DNA of 64,000 bases from Geosiphon pyriformis uo1. Lineage: Eukaryota > Fungi > Glomeromycota. Positions 1 through 13,535 of the stretch are shown here, one piece after another. Numbering within the stretch: the stretch's first letter is position 1; each line of letters starts with the position of its first letter. The notes under the pieces were generated by a model. That model worked only from the letters and a program-made list of their open reading frames with translations, was not told the DNA's origin and ran no database searches. Where the stretch lies: positions 360,095 through 424,094 of the forward strand of contig JAAOMT010000379.1 in NCBI GenBank assembly GCA_016748015.1, written 5' to 3'. The position numbers were made by a program, and so were the translations under genes.

Positions 1-1269
1 CCTTCACATTCGTTTTCTCAAGTCTTATCACAAATCTAACTAAAAATTAGTTAAAATAGATTAGTTTTTGTAAAACAAATTTTTGTTTTACTTTTTTATA
101 TATGTTAAAATTGAACAAATTTGTTGCATTGTAATAATTATTGCACCAAAAGTAACTAATAATTTCACAATTTGATTTTGTGGGATTATAATCATTAAAC
201 AGACTAAAAAAAGAAGTTCTACAAATTTTGTTAATAGTGTTGCTATCCTTATTTTCATTAAGATTTGCATAATTTATCCAACTTTAGAGCTACAGCAACA
301 CAATTTTCACTTATTTCACTCCATATCTTTCTTTGCAATTTTTTAGAATTGGGTAAATCTGTTGTTATTTAAAAAAAGTACATTTAAAAAGCCAAGTGAA
401 TTGTACAGTATCCCCAAAAATAACGCCAATTTGCATGTGTAACCATTTTTTAAAAATTAATACATCCTTTTTTGACAAACTTGATGTTTATTTACTTTTT
501 ACAACTTGCCAATATTATAATATCATGATCTGAAAAGGGTTCTAGGGTACATGAAAACTATAGATGTGGAAATGTTTGGACCTAACCCACACCTTATTGT
601 CAAGTACAAACTTACCATATCCCGAAGATCAACAATTCTTAGCAACCACGAAAAACAAAAAATGACATGCACTACTTCGCAAAATTGTAGTCTGTCAACT
701 GCGGCAGTAAATTTATTGTACCACTCCAGAAACACATGTTAACATACGCCTTAGGTGATGCGGGGAAAAACCGCAAGTTTTATCTTCCCTGATGAGACGA
801 GTGTGGGAATTGGGAAGCAATCACGATAATCAAGCACACTGGTGAGAATTTTAATTTTAGTTGGACAGAAGCTCGTAATGGTTTAGGTTTTTCACGGTAA
901 TATTAATCTAAAAAACTCAGTTAAAGGTGTTAATTTGAAGCTATGCAAGATAACGCGCCCGATCAATGTTACGGGGAAAATAATTTAATTAATGAGAATT
1001 TAGTTTTTGGAGAAGGCTCGTATTCCAGAAGTTTTTTAATACCTCTTAAACTGAAATGCTTTACTTTGATTTCTCCTCCAAATAACGCGATCTTATTCTT
1101 GCTACTATAAAAATTATAATTCATAAAATATGGCTTTTTCCATTAAATTCGTATCCGCACAATTTTGATGGCCATCTATGAATATATAAAATCCATGTTT
1201 TCTTCTTTAATTGTAGCTTTCGGGATTTGCTCGATTATAGCATAAGTACTTGATCTTTTCACACCATTT

Positions 1270-2661
1270 TTAACTTCTAATCATCATATACCCAAAATAC
1301 GGTCCAAAATGAGGGTCAGATTTTCTTTTTCTATGAGGTGTTAGACTATCCAAAATATTTCGTGGATGAAATTTCGCATTACAATTCTAAAATAAATTAA
1401 ACCCTTTGAGTTCAAAATTTTATCAAGTTTGAAAAGACTTAAAATTATTAATTTACCGGATTCTCAAAAACTCTTTCATCTTGATTACAATTGAAAATTT
1501 GTGGGAATAATGCGATTTCATCGAAATCTAATGTGGTACAACTACATTGCTTTTGCTCCGGTATCCAAAACTCGTTAATCAAATGTCTATAGCTGAGATA
1601 TGGAGGTGGATATGAAGGTACCTGATCATCAGCATGGGTCACCCGATACATGCTCAGTTGTTGATTTACTAAAGTGGCAAATCCTTCATCTCCCATTCTT
1701 GGTTGGCCAAAAGTCACAACTACTGGCTTTTCATAAAATAAATTTTGAAAAGAGAGAGCTGCTAGTACAGCATAAACTACAAATATTTATTCATGATTGA
1801 AAAAACCATCCCGAATAATGTATTTTTTCAATAAAAGATTTTACAAAAGAAATTCTCACCGCCACCCGTCCCGAAACCAATAAATCTCCCTGAAGGTTTT
1901 TCGTCTGATGAGAAAGTATCTTTCAAGAAATGAACCATTTTTTTCCCAAGTTTAGAAACTGCGCTTCCTGACCATTGTTCGAAAAAGAAGTTGTCAATTA
2001 GATAATTTCCAGGACCTGGGTACCGATACCACAAATTCTTTCGTGTTTCCCAATATTTATATTTATATTCGACAGCCTTTACTACGATTATCATTTCTTT
2101 GCGTGAAGTTTGATGCTCTTGGTTTTGATTTATCAGGAAATGAACTATGAAGAAAATGGATTAAAAAAGTTTGGTATTTGTGAAAATATTGCCTTTGTTT
2201 AAACAATATCTCGTTGCTTTCAACTCACCTTTAATATTTGAAAATAAGTCTATAACAGGATTTGGAAAACTAAAACGGCTGGCATAATAAGCACTTTGAG
2301 CTAGCATTGATAGAACATGTTTACGTATCTCTAGCTCTTGAGGAAATGCGCGATCGTTTTTTTCCCTCTCTGAGGCTACAAAATTTAACTTTGTTACACT
2401 GTTGTGAAATTTCTATAAAAGGTTAATATTTTGAGTAGCTTGGAGCTTCAATTACAATTTTTGAGCACCATATTTAAACCTTGGGAGCTCCTTTAGATCA
2501 TTTCTGCTAATAGACTTGGAGAATGACTGAAATCCAACAAGGGGATAAGGAGAAACCTTGGTCAACGATGCTCTTACATTGAATGAGTTTGAATTAGCGC
2601 ATGAAATAGTAAAAATTATTAGTTCTAAAAGCAGTGAATATAGTAGTTTCAGATCTTTCAT
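1270..2661 (-). CDS. Spliced class 3 lipase-like (Lipase_3 fold) secreted protein; nucleophile Ser replaced by Gly
   Basis: Hand-spliced exons: 1270-1386 (NCNAKF...PHFGPYFGYMMIRS*), 1457-1776 (VYAVLAAL...VTFGQPRMGDEGFA...RVTHADDQVP...EFWI), 1860-~2144 (...RFIGFGTGG), ~2229-2375 (LAQSAYYASR) and a hydrophobic signal-like first exon from ATG 2661 (MKDLKLLYSLLLELIIFTISCA). GT-AG introns at 1387-1456 and 1777-1859 keep the frame. The exon1/exon2 junction is uncertain. Confidence 0.85.
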
Positions 2662-3706
2662 GATTTGTGAAAGATTTCTACAACCGATTAATGAAAAAGT
2701 AAGATTTAATACACATGTAATAGCCAAAATGTTATTGCAGATTATCCAGAGATCGGGTTTGTATTAAATCTATTTTAAAATGAAAGCGAATAGTTAAATT
2801 TTTACCCTTGACATAAATTTAGAACCAATTTTCTTGATGATCTTAGGTATTTGCTCAATTATAATTCAACTTTTAATAAAAATCTTACAAAGTATGAAGT
2901 ATAAAATTTGCAAAAAAAAATATTTCTACTTATTTAGAAGTTTCTTTGAAAAGTTTTTTTTAATACATCAAAAAAAAGGATTTAAATTTTATTAATAGAT
3001 TTGGATATTTTAACTTTAAAACAGATATTCATTGTTTTGGCTGCAATTATAATTATATCAGTCTTTTTTTTTGTTAATATTTGGCATGTATATTTTAATA
3101 GTATGTTAAAAATTACTGATTAGACCTCATTTCATGCAAAAAGTTCACACCAACTATTTTTAGCTTAGAAAATATTTTAAATTAATCTCTTTTGTTCCTA
3201 GAGAAACATGTATTAAAAATTTTAATTTTAATATTTTAATTATTTTGTTAAATTTATATAAAAATTTCACCAAACTGTTGAAACTGATACTAGTGAAGAT
3301 TCATCTGGCAAAAAATATGATCCTTCAGATTTAGAAAATTTGGTTATCTTGAGGCATTGTCTACCCCTTAAAATGCAAGATCCAAGTTTCTGACCTCCGA
3401 AAACTATGTATATGTATTACCTTTATTTGTCAATAATCCGGAAAATCATTCTTTGATACTTCTTATAGGTTCCCATTTTGATTTCCGTATAGTGAAAATC
3501 AAAAATGGTACAATCTAAAGCTCACCTATCGCGATTGTTTGCAGCGATAGATTACATCATAAGTGTAGATAACTTTGATTTTCAATCTTTTTAATTAAAG
3601 TTTGTGCCCCAAAAAATAGCATTTAATATTGAAGAGCCCATTTATCATTTTATGGACAAACTCAACTGTAATTTGCTAAGCAGCTTCTAATAACTACCAA
3701 ATTACA

Positions 3707-4572
3707 ATGCATCTCAATTTGTCAAACCAAAATTCTGTCACGGAATATTCTAAAGCCTCTCTATTAGAAGAGGCAGAAACAGAAGAAATTAAAGAGTTTC
3801 ATTTTCATGTGTATTTCTTTCAGGTAGTATTGTAATATTTCAAACATCGTCCTTTATTTTTGCAATGATTTTGGCAAAACCCATTCAAAAATATACTTGC
3901 ACTCTTCCAGGATAATGAAGAGAATAAAAAATCCGCAATCGCTTTGCGTCAAAAGATCCTTGACCTTGTAGATTTGGGCTTTTTTCACCCGGTACCGTTT
4001 AAGGAAGTAAATGTGAGACCAATAGGACCCCACGCTATCGTATGTATTATCTGATCATTCTCGTTTTGTGATAGGTTTCTCTGGGAGTTATAACGAAAAA
4101 AATATTTATTGTTCAATTTCATTCTTATATTAACTGGAATAAATTTTTCAGGGATCTTACGAAGTCTGGTGTCCAAAAGAGCACTTTTCTCGTGTGTATT
4201 CTTGGTTTCTGATCAATCGTGGCCCATTCTCAGTGTTGGTTCATCCATTGACTGTTGATGTGGTAAACCTAAATTTTTTTCTTTTTTCCTGGAAGTCTGG
4301 TTGCTTTATGATTCAAATCAGGCAATTTGGAAACCACTCGAATTTCTTTCGAGCCTTTCAGAATTGAGGATTTCCAAAAAAAAAAATATTAATCATTTCT
4401 CAAATTTCTTTTGACTCAATTTCTATAGCTAAAAGATCACACAAGCAGAGCTACATGGATGGGCACCTCAGTGCCTTTAGATTTGAGTTTGCTTCCGACG
4501 ACACTGGACCATATACCTTTACAGTATCCAGAACTTGGAATGGGATATTCGACTAGAGATGAGGAAAAATGA
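3707..4572 (+). CDS. DOPA 4,5-dioxygenase family protein (fungal/bacterial DODA-type), 4 exons, ~166 aa
   Basis: Exons 3707-3823, 3911-4039, 4152-4262 and 4429-4572, separated by phase-0 GT-AG introns. The translation contains family motifs EFHFHVYF, PIGPH-x-x-GSYEVW, NRGPFSVLVHP, DHTSRATWMG and LDL. The ORF track misses it. The start ATG is the first in-frame ATG after a stop. Confidence 0.88.
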
Positions 4573-7500
4573 GGCTAACCTAGAGTTTTTAAAAATTGAC
4601 CTTGATAGCATTTATTAACCACGGATTTTAAAATTTATTATTTTATATTTGCCCTTTAAACATATTTTCAAAAGTACTTATTTCAGCTATAATGTTTTTG
4701 AAGTGGTCAATTTACTTTATTTGAATTATTTCTTTACATTTAATTTTCTTAAAACTCATCAAAGTCAAACCTGCCAGCCTCATAGGGAGGTCATGCATAT
4801 AAAGAAAAGCCAATAATATTACGATACGTTTTTTATACAGTAGCCATTTATGTAATTAATGCTGATATGTGATCTGAAGTTTTTTTTTTACTTTATGCAA
4901 TTTTGACAATGTATATTATGCTTTAAACTTGACAGAATTATTGAAGTCTTGTACAAAATATTTTGCAACTAAATTTATGGCCAATTGTGCTTTTTGGTAA
5001 GTAATTTTTTTTTATTTTATACTTTTATCTTTTTCTTTCATTTTATTATTCTTTTCAACTTTCCAAAAGTACAATTAAAATTTATCATTTTTTAGTTAGT
5101 AATTAAATTTTTTGCAAATTTTTTCATATATTTATTGATATTTATTGATATTTATTTGCAATTTTCTTTTTATTACTAATAATTTTGTTTTAATAATTTT
5201 AATAAAATTATTAAAAACTAATGTTAAAAAAAATTTTTATGTTGAATATAATTATGAATTATTTTAATAATGTTTTACACCAAGTTTAAAAAATAATTTG
5301 CCTAGCAATAAAAATATATAGTTATGAGTTGGATTAATATTAAAATTGCTAATTTTCTCAAAAATTGAGAAACAATTTGTTATTATTAATAAAAAATAAC
5401 ACAACAGTTATAATTTTATGCTTTAATTAGCACTCTTATAATTGAATAACAATTATTATTTATTTTTAACAATTGTTTATTTAATAAATTACAAAAAAAG
5501 TTTTTTATTTTTTAAGCTAATTTAATTATTATCTACCGCTTTAAAAAATCTAGTGAAGTTTTTCAAAAATATTAACTGGTATGCTGCACACCTATTCTTA
5601 TAATTTCGAATGCTCTTTTGACACATTTTACATTTATTCCAATTATGAACTTCTGGACGAGTTATTTTAATTTTCTTTGTTTTCATGGTGTGGATAAATG
5701 CGGATAAAATGTGAATATTCTATTATTCGAATGTTAATAAAATGGAGATTTTCTTTAAACAACTTTATTGGAGTTCATATTTATATTGTTTCTCTACGTT
5801 CACATAGTTTAACAAATCCTTAATCTTAAAAAATGTCTATTTATCAAGCTATTATTTGCGACAAATCATACTAAATAGGTCTGATATAGTACATTAAAAT
5901 GCCAAATAAGTTTCCCATTGTGTCAGTCTTATTGCCTAAATGAGTAATTCAATTCCTTTAAGAACAACAACAATAGTAAAGCGATTTAAGCATAAAGATA
6001 GCGTACTGCTGAAAATCATTTAAAAGTTTTTTCGTGGGAAATTTCATGAACGGAGAAATATTTATTAAATCAGCTATCGCTTACATATTAACGACTTAGT
6101 AGGTATCAAAAATTCATTATTATTAAAATATTGGCTTTGAAAAATTATAAATATTTGGAATAAACATTATTTATTATTATTAAAAAAATCAATAATTATA
6201 AAGCACTAATTGAAATATATTTTGTTAACAATACAAACTATTCTTCTATCTTTAGATTTTTTTTAAAAAGAATAGTAGCCAAGATATTTATAAGACTGAT
6301 TTCACATATTTAATCTTTATAAATTTAATTTGCTTCCTAGTTGAATTTCATTTTTAATTGTTTTCTTGCCATATAATATTGCTATTTATAAACATCTTAC
6401 TTCAAACTTATAACAATATTAATAAATTTAATACACTAGTTTTTATTAAACACTAGTCTATATAAATAATTTAATTACTGTTTTTAAGCATAACCTTTTA
6501 ATTTTAAAAAATATTATTTGTGCTGAAATAGTTATCTTAACTTGATAAAGTAAAGTAAGATAAAATTAAATTAAGATAGAAATTACAATTGTTATTTTAA
6601 ACATTTGTATATATATACAGCTGCTATTTGTGTATAATAACTATTGAAATTATAAAATACTACACAAATGTACAACTTAAAAAAATTTACTTTTTATGTC
6701 TTGTTTTAATTAATAAATAAATAAAACAATATTGGTTTAAATTAATTAATGGTTTTTAACTTTGCTAGAACTTGTTATTAAAGAAGAAAATAATGTTATA
6801 TTATAAAATAATAAAAACAAAAAAGAGAAGAATTAGCAAAAAAATAACATGATTTCCAAAATAATTATTAAATTATTAAAATTAAGAATGATTACATGGA
6901 AGATGTTAGAACAATTTAAAATATTAATAATTAAAGGCTAAAATACCTTTGTAATACCAATATAACTCAGAGAAAAACATATTACTATTATAATATTTCA
7001 CCAGTTTAACAAAATGTTTATAATGTCTGTGTAACCTCAAAATTATATAACGTAATAACATTAATAATAACATTATTTTTATCACATTATTAATTAGTTA
7101 TAAATTAATAATTATTATTTAATAAATAATTGGTTATGTAATAAATATAAATACAAACTGGTTGTAGTCTAAAAAAAACAGCGTCACAAGAAAATAGATC
7201 TTTAGTACTTAGTTTTTTTATTCCATTTTATTTCCTTTTTTCTTTTTACTTTATAATTTTTTATTTTTTCTTGTTAATAACTGTGTACTGCGTCACTATG
7301 ATCCAAAATCTCAATTTTTGTGAATTTTATTATCAAATTAAATAATTATTTTTATTTATTTAACAAGTACAGTTATTAGCTTATCCAAATATTTTCAATT
7401 TAGTCTAACATTTTTTCCTTGCTTTATTAAGTATAGCCCTTTCACAATCTACTAATAAGTACATTTATATATCAAAAGCAAACAGGAATCGCATACGTGA

Positions 7501-8188
7501 CTGTATTTTTCAATTTGTAGTATTTTGAGTCTATTTAACATTTATGTTTAAAATCACAAAATCTATAAAATATAAAACTTGTTTTTCAAATTAAATAAAT
7601 AAATAATTTTTTTATTGATTCAAATTTAGTAATTGATTTTGATTTTTAGATAACAAATTAAAACAAATAATATTAATAATGAAAATTAAAACTGATATAT
7701 ATATATATGTATTTTTAAAAATGAGTATTCATATTGCCTAGTTTAATTATTTCTTGAAGGAAAATTACTTCATTTTTTTAAGTCAGAATTTTTTAAATAA
7801 TCAAATATTGAAAAATTCTCTATTTCATCGTATGTGATAAGGATACAGTAAAATTCTCGTGTTTGTGTTTGCCCAGTAAAATATTTACGTTCATCATTTC
7901 CCTAATATCGATCTCTTCAAAACGGAAAAATTATCATTGGGGATAGTTGAAACACTTTTTATTTGTTGTGATGAAATCAAATATATGATATATGAGCTCG
8001 AAACTCCATATTAGGGAGGCATTTAGTATCTCCAAAACCATTCTTGTTTCAGGCAATATTATGAGTTCATCGAAAATTTTTCACTTTGAATAAATAGAAC
8101 ATAAAATTTGAGTTATACTCTGAAAAATGTTTTAAACATCATATTTTATGAAAGCTTTCTTCAAAATAATTTTCTATTTTTGAAAAGA

Positions 8189-9545
8189 ATGTTATCTAAA
8201 AATAATGAAAATCTTATAAAGAAAGTTTTTAAATCATTAATATTTATAACAATAATCGGATTCTACTTTCTTTTTGTTTATTTCCCTAGTACTTTTTATT
8301 CCCAATCTTCAAATTACTGCAACAATTCATCAATCACAAACCTAACATTGGATGATGCCTATTATCCACCTATAAAAATACGCATTCCATCTTTAAATTC
8401 TACCTCAAGTTTGAGTAAAGCACATCTATTAAAACGAACAGGGTTTGGCAAACTCCAAAATTCGTCTCCTTCGAAAATACTGGTCACTGATTTAGCCTTA
8501 ATTGATTTCTTAACAGAAATGGCTCGAGTAGCAAATATTCCTTATTGTTTTCCACAAAACAATATGTGGGGTGAGTAATAGGTTCTAAATGAAATTTCAA
8601 TTTTCGAAAGGAGTTGTCCAAATTGCTGGAATTTTTCAATATTTTCCTACCAAAATCAGGTGAAGTATTCTTGGATGAAAAAAAGGAACATATTATTGGG
8701 CATTTTANNNNNNNNNNNNNNNNNNNNNNNNNNNNNNNNNNNNNNNNNNNNNNNNNNNNNNNNNNNNNNNNNNNNNNNNNNNNNNNNNNNNNNNNNNNNN
8801 NNNNNNNNNNNNNNNNNNNNNNNNNNNNNNNNNNNNNNNNNNNNNNNNNNNNNNNNNNNNNNNNNNNNNNNNNNNNNNNNNNNNNNNNNNNNNNNNNNNN
8901 NNNNNNNNNNNNNNNNNNNNNNNNNNNNNNNNNNNNNNNNNNNNNNNNNNNNNNNNNNNNNNNNNNNNNNNNNNNNNNNNNNNNNNNNNNNNNNNNNNNN
9001 NNNNNNNNNNNNNNNNNNNNNNNNNNNNNNNNNNNNNNNNNNNNNNNNNNNNNNNNNNNNNNNNNNNNNNNNNNNNNNNNNNNNNNNNNNNNNNNNNNNN
9101 NNNNNNNNNNNNNNNNNNNNNNNNNNNNNNNNNNNNNNNNNNNNNNNNNNNNNNNNNNNNNNNNNNNNNNNNNNNNNNNNNNNNNNNNNNNNNNNNNNNN
9201 NNNNNNNNNNNNNNNNNNNNNNNNNNNNNNNNNNNNNNNNNNNNNNNNNNNNNNNNNNNNNNNNNNNNNNNNNNNNNNNNNNNNNNNNNNNNNNNNNNNN
9301 NNNATTTTCCCAATGGTCAGAAACAGTTTGGTGAGAATTTGGTAAGGATTTGAAATAAAAGCTTTTCAGCATCAATATAATTTTCATCATGCAAAATGGG
9401 TAAGATTTCTCGCGAAAACCTAAAATCTAAATATATATTTTAGAATTGTAACGCAGGAACAGATGGATCGAGCAATTTTGCACATTTTGGTCAATGGTTT
9501 GGCACAACTTTTGGAAATTGTGAGCATTTCCTCCCAGTAAAATAA
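8189..9545 (+). CDS. Spliced class 3 lipase-like protein with N-terminal membrane anchor/signal (middle hidden by assembly gap)
   Basis: Exon 1 8189-8570 (TM segment LIFITIIGFYFLFVYF; MARVANIPYC resembles the lipase 'ASAAYC' motif; donor GTGAGT at 8571). Exon 2 starts at 8660 (GEVFLDEKKEHIIGHF), then the gap, then ...GENL with donor GTAAGG. Last exon 9444-9545 (NCNAGTDGSSNFAHFGQWFGTTFGNC...*). The last intron sits at the same position as in the 1270-2661 gene. Confidence 0.75.
8708..9303. other. Assembly gap (N run)
   Basis: Run of N. Confidence 1.
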
Positions 9546-10129
9546 CGAAAATGATGAAATTTTTTATATTCTTAGCATTTAAAAGACTTTTCTAGCCAAA
9601 CTTCAACAAATTGGATGCTTTAAGTTTCTTTTATTTTCCGAAATTAAACATTAATACTGAGTTAAATCCAATCCTTAAGATTTAGGTTGGCATGTTTCGA
9701 TTTAATTTTTCAATTAATTCAATCAAAATAGATTTTTGTAATATGTAAAATGAAATTTCATTCAAAATAATGGAAAAGATAAAATATTCACCTTACGATA
9801 TGTAAATAATTCTCTTTGCCTTGATTTTTTCCAATTTTTATTTACCATTATTTAGATACATATTGAATATCATGAAATTTGGTCCTCCATAATTATATAC
9901 CTGTAAAAGGCCAATTACCGATTTGTTTGTAACGAATCGTGATTTATGTGATTAGCATTTTTTTTACAAAATCAATATACTGTAAATGAAAACTAAAACA
10001 AAATTTTAAAGCCAAGAATTACTAAAATTTTCCAATTCTATATCAGAATATTTATTATCATCATGTTCAATACAAAAATCCAAACTTTTTCAATTTTTCA
10101 TTGTTATATCACAAAGTCATAGTTGAAGA

Positions 10130-10240
10130 TCACTTTACCTTCAAGACCTTTGAAATATCACAATATATAAATGCACGTCAAATTATTGTTGGATTGATAT
10201 TATTTCAGGCTTGTTTGACTCATCATACAACATAAAATAT
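10130..10240 (-). pseudogene. Fossil pogo/Tigger-like transposase C-terminal fragment
   Basis: The minus strand reads *VKQA*NNINPTII*RAFIYCDIS. With TGG>TGA and CGA>TGA reversed, this gives WVKQAWNNINPTIIRRAFIYC, matching the pogo DDE_1 C-terminal 'W..AW..I....I...F..CGI' motif. Confidence 0.5.
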
Positions 10241-13200
10241 AGTTGTTATATCTATATTACAAATATTTTCAAATTATTATGGTCTTCTGATAACAAATTC
10301 CAATAGTTGTTAACTATTGTTAGCCTAAATAATATTTCTTCCAAAATTTTTTGGCTTGTTTTGTTTTAAGAATTTGTTTTAGGCTCTAAATCAGCCAAAT
10401 ACTATATACATGTAAACATTTATTTCCAAATAATTTCGTAAAAACCTTGTGTTTTCTAAATGCACTTGAATGTTAAGTATTTGATTATTTTATAATAATT
10501 AAAGCAATTTTATTAATAACTGTTTTCATGTTTGGAATTTCATGTACTAATCTCAACAAAGTTGACAAATAGTCAATTTTTCAGTTATTAGATTTTTTAA
10601 AGAGATATTAAATTCAAAGATGATATTAAGTTTTTGTTAGTTATTATTTTAAATAAAGAAAAAATCTTTTAGTAAATGGTATTTATTTTAAGTATTAAAA
10701 CTTTTAAGCTAATAATTAATATGTTTCTTGGAAAAATAAACTTTTTTATACATTGTTAAGTTTTATCATTTTTAATTTTAGTAATTTTGTTTTTGTAATA
10801 ATTTTAGCAAAATTTTCATTCTTATAAAGTTTGAATATTGTATAATTTAAACATTGCAATTCATTATAATTGTGAGTTGTTACAAATATTTTTAATTTTA
10901 TTAATAACTGTAATTTATTATTTATTATAAAATAGTTTTTTAATTAATAATCATAAAAAGTATAAGGTATTTTGATCCAAAAAATAATTTTATGTTAATT
11001 AAAACATTTTTGTTTAAGATATATATCTTTTTTAATAAATTTTTGTATAGTATTATAAAAATTGATAGCCAATTAAATTGAATAGAATGTTTTTTTAATT
11101 TATGTTTTATAAATAAGTTAATTTTAAAAAATTGCTCTATATTTTTAAAAGCAATTGTTTCGATTTCTATTAATAAGTCAAAAATAATGTCAAGCTTTTA
11201 CTATAAAATAGTTTGTATTTTTTGATTTTTGTAAAAACCATTGTTTTAACGTCGGTCTTAATGGTAATTTAAGAATTTTTTTTGAAATATTAAAGAAGCT
11301 ATTTTAACACAATTGATTAATCTATTCACATATATTTTTTAATAATATAAATAAATCTTTTTACAACATGTCTTTGAACTATTATTATTAACTTACTTCT
11401 ACTCTTTACACATTTACTTTTTTCTTTATATGTTAGAGATCTTTTTATATTTCAATTTCATTAGCTAGATTAAACAAAAATTATATGAAGATATATATAA
11501 AAAATCTAAAGACACAAGTAATTTTAAGTCATATAAAAAGCTAAAGTTTTGTCTCATGTCAAATTTATATATTTAATAAAGCTTAAAAAGTAAAAAATAA
11601 TAATTGAGAATTTTGTTTATTAGTATTTACAACAGACTTGTATAAAAATATGATTTAAGATAATATATTTCATATGATTGCTCTATTTCCAAAGACAAAG
11701 AAAAATCTATGTTTTATTGTTGTCATAAAGCATTGATTATTTATATAAAATATGACTTTTTAACAATTTTAAATAAAATTATAAAGTCAACTTTAAAATA
11801 TTAGATTATATCAAAACTTTTTCAAATAATCATTTAGCAGTTTTAAGATAAAATAAATATATTATATATTAAGATTAATATATTTTTGAATGTTTCTTTG
11901 ATTTTTTAATATTTGTAATCAATTTTCTATAATTACTTGTAGCCTTTGACTGCTTTTTTCAAAAACAAATATCTAAATATTTTATTTACGTGAATTTTTC
12001 TATTATTTATAGTCCAATTTTTATTTTTTCTAATTATATTATTATTTTTTCCAGTCATATTATTATTACTTTTTTTAGTTAATTATCACTTCATGTTTAT
12101 CTATATCATAGATTGCGATGTCTAACATTATTAATAAAAATATCTTTATTTTATTAAATATAAATATGAGCTAATATATAAATTGTGTTTATTTGTGAAA
12201 TTGCTAATAATACTTAACAAATTTGCTGAAATATCTTTGTTAAATGCGATATTGTTTTTAAATTTTGTTTTTTAAATAAAAGCAGAATTATTTCTGCAAT
12301 AATTGTATATTACAAAATTTTTTAACCAATTATAATTTTTTAATGACTGAATACTATTAGTTACAACTATTATCAATATATAAAATCTTTTTTTCAGAAT
12401 TTTATAATTCATTATTTTGTAATAATTTTAAGCATCTTTTTCTGTTAATCTGTTTTTAGGTTTTAAACAGGCAATTATTATGTGCAGATATCTGTCTTAA
12501 AGTTTGAAAAATTGCATAACCTAATTATTTCATTTGTGAATTAATACAAATTAGGATAATAATTTGAACAAATTAAAGAATTAATGTGAAATTGAATGAT
12601 GTTTTTTAATTTATAATGCTGCCAAATTAAACACAATAAAATATGGCAAGCTAAAAGGTTTTTTTATTCAATCAATAATTGGGGAACACATTGAAACAAA
12701 AAGTCAACTGATATTAATTTAAATGCAATTTTGGTACCTGAAGATTATATTGACATCATTGCATGCTTATTTTTCTGTAGTTTTATCGATGATAATAAAA
12801 ACTGTTTTTCACAAAACTTGTCTTAAAGCTCTACATAATGCTGTTTGAATACACATTTAAAAGCTGTTTTTATTCTCAATAATAGCAACTGAAGATTGAA
12901 GAAATTGCTAATGATCCTTTGAACTTGTCACGTCATATGAGTGACATTATTATTGGTGAATTTTTAAGTTAAAGTAAGCTGTAATAGTTGTTTTTTTTTG
13001 CCATTGAATATTTAGATTACAAAGCGATACATCAATTGCAAATTTTTGTGCTCAAAATTCCATTGTCGAAAATTTTTAACAAATCTTTTTTACTCTTTAG
13101 TATTATATTTTTGACCAATCAAAAGTTAGAACATACGACTATATATGAGAATTTGGAAATGCAGAGATTTGGGCCTTGAAATAAAGTGCATTTATAGAAT

Positions 13201-13535
13201 ATAGAAAATGCACCCATGATGGGACTGAGTAGTGGGAATACATTTAAATTTAGGCATTTGACGAGGTCTGACCATATTTATTTCGCGAACTTAACATTCG
13301 GGAATATTAAGAGCTCAAAAGCTACATTTTGAATTATGTGGCATTACATCAATTTAAATAATTAATTTTTGTCGAAAAATGAAAATGTAAAAATTCATAA
13401 ATTTGTTTTGATCATTTGAAGATAAAAATTAAAAAACCGAGTCAATTTTACTATATTAACTAATCAATAAATTTTTAGTATAAGAGTTATCAGAATAAAA
13501 ATTCTAAAATAAATTTAAAGTCAAGTTTTGATTTA

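Noticed and set aside
523-742. Overlapping short ORFs on both strands
   Set aside because: No motif and no consistent splice model.
789-830. CTGATGAG hammerhead-like core
   Set aside because: No stem II followed by GAAA, and no supporting flanking stems.
8614-9390. Long ORFs made mostly of X (also at 60962-61318 and 62621-63418)
   Set aside because: Artefacts of translating through N gaps.
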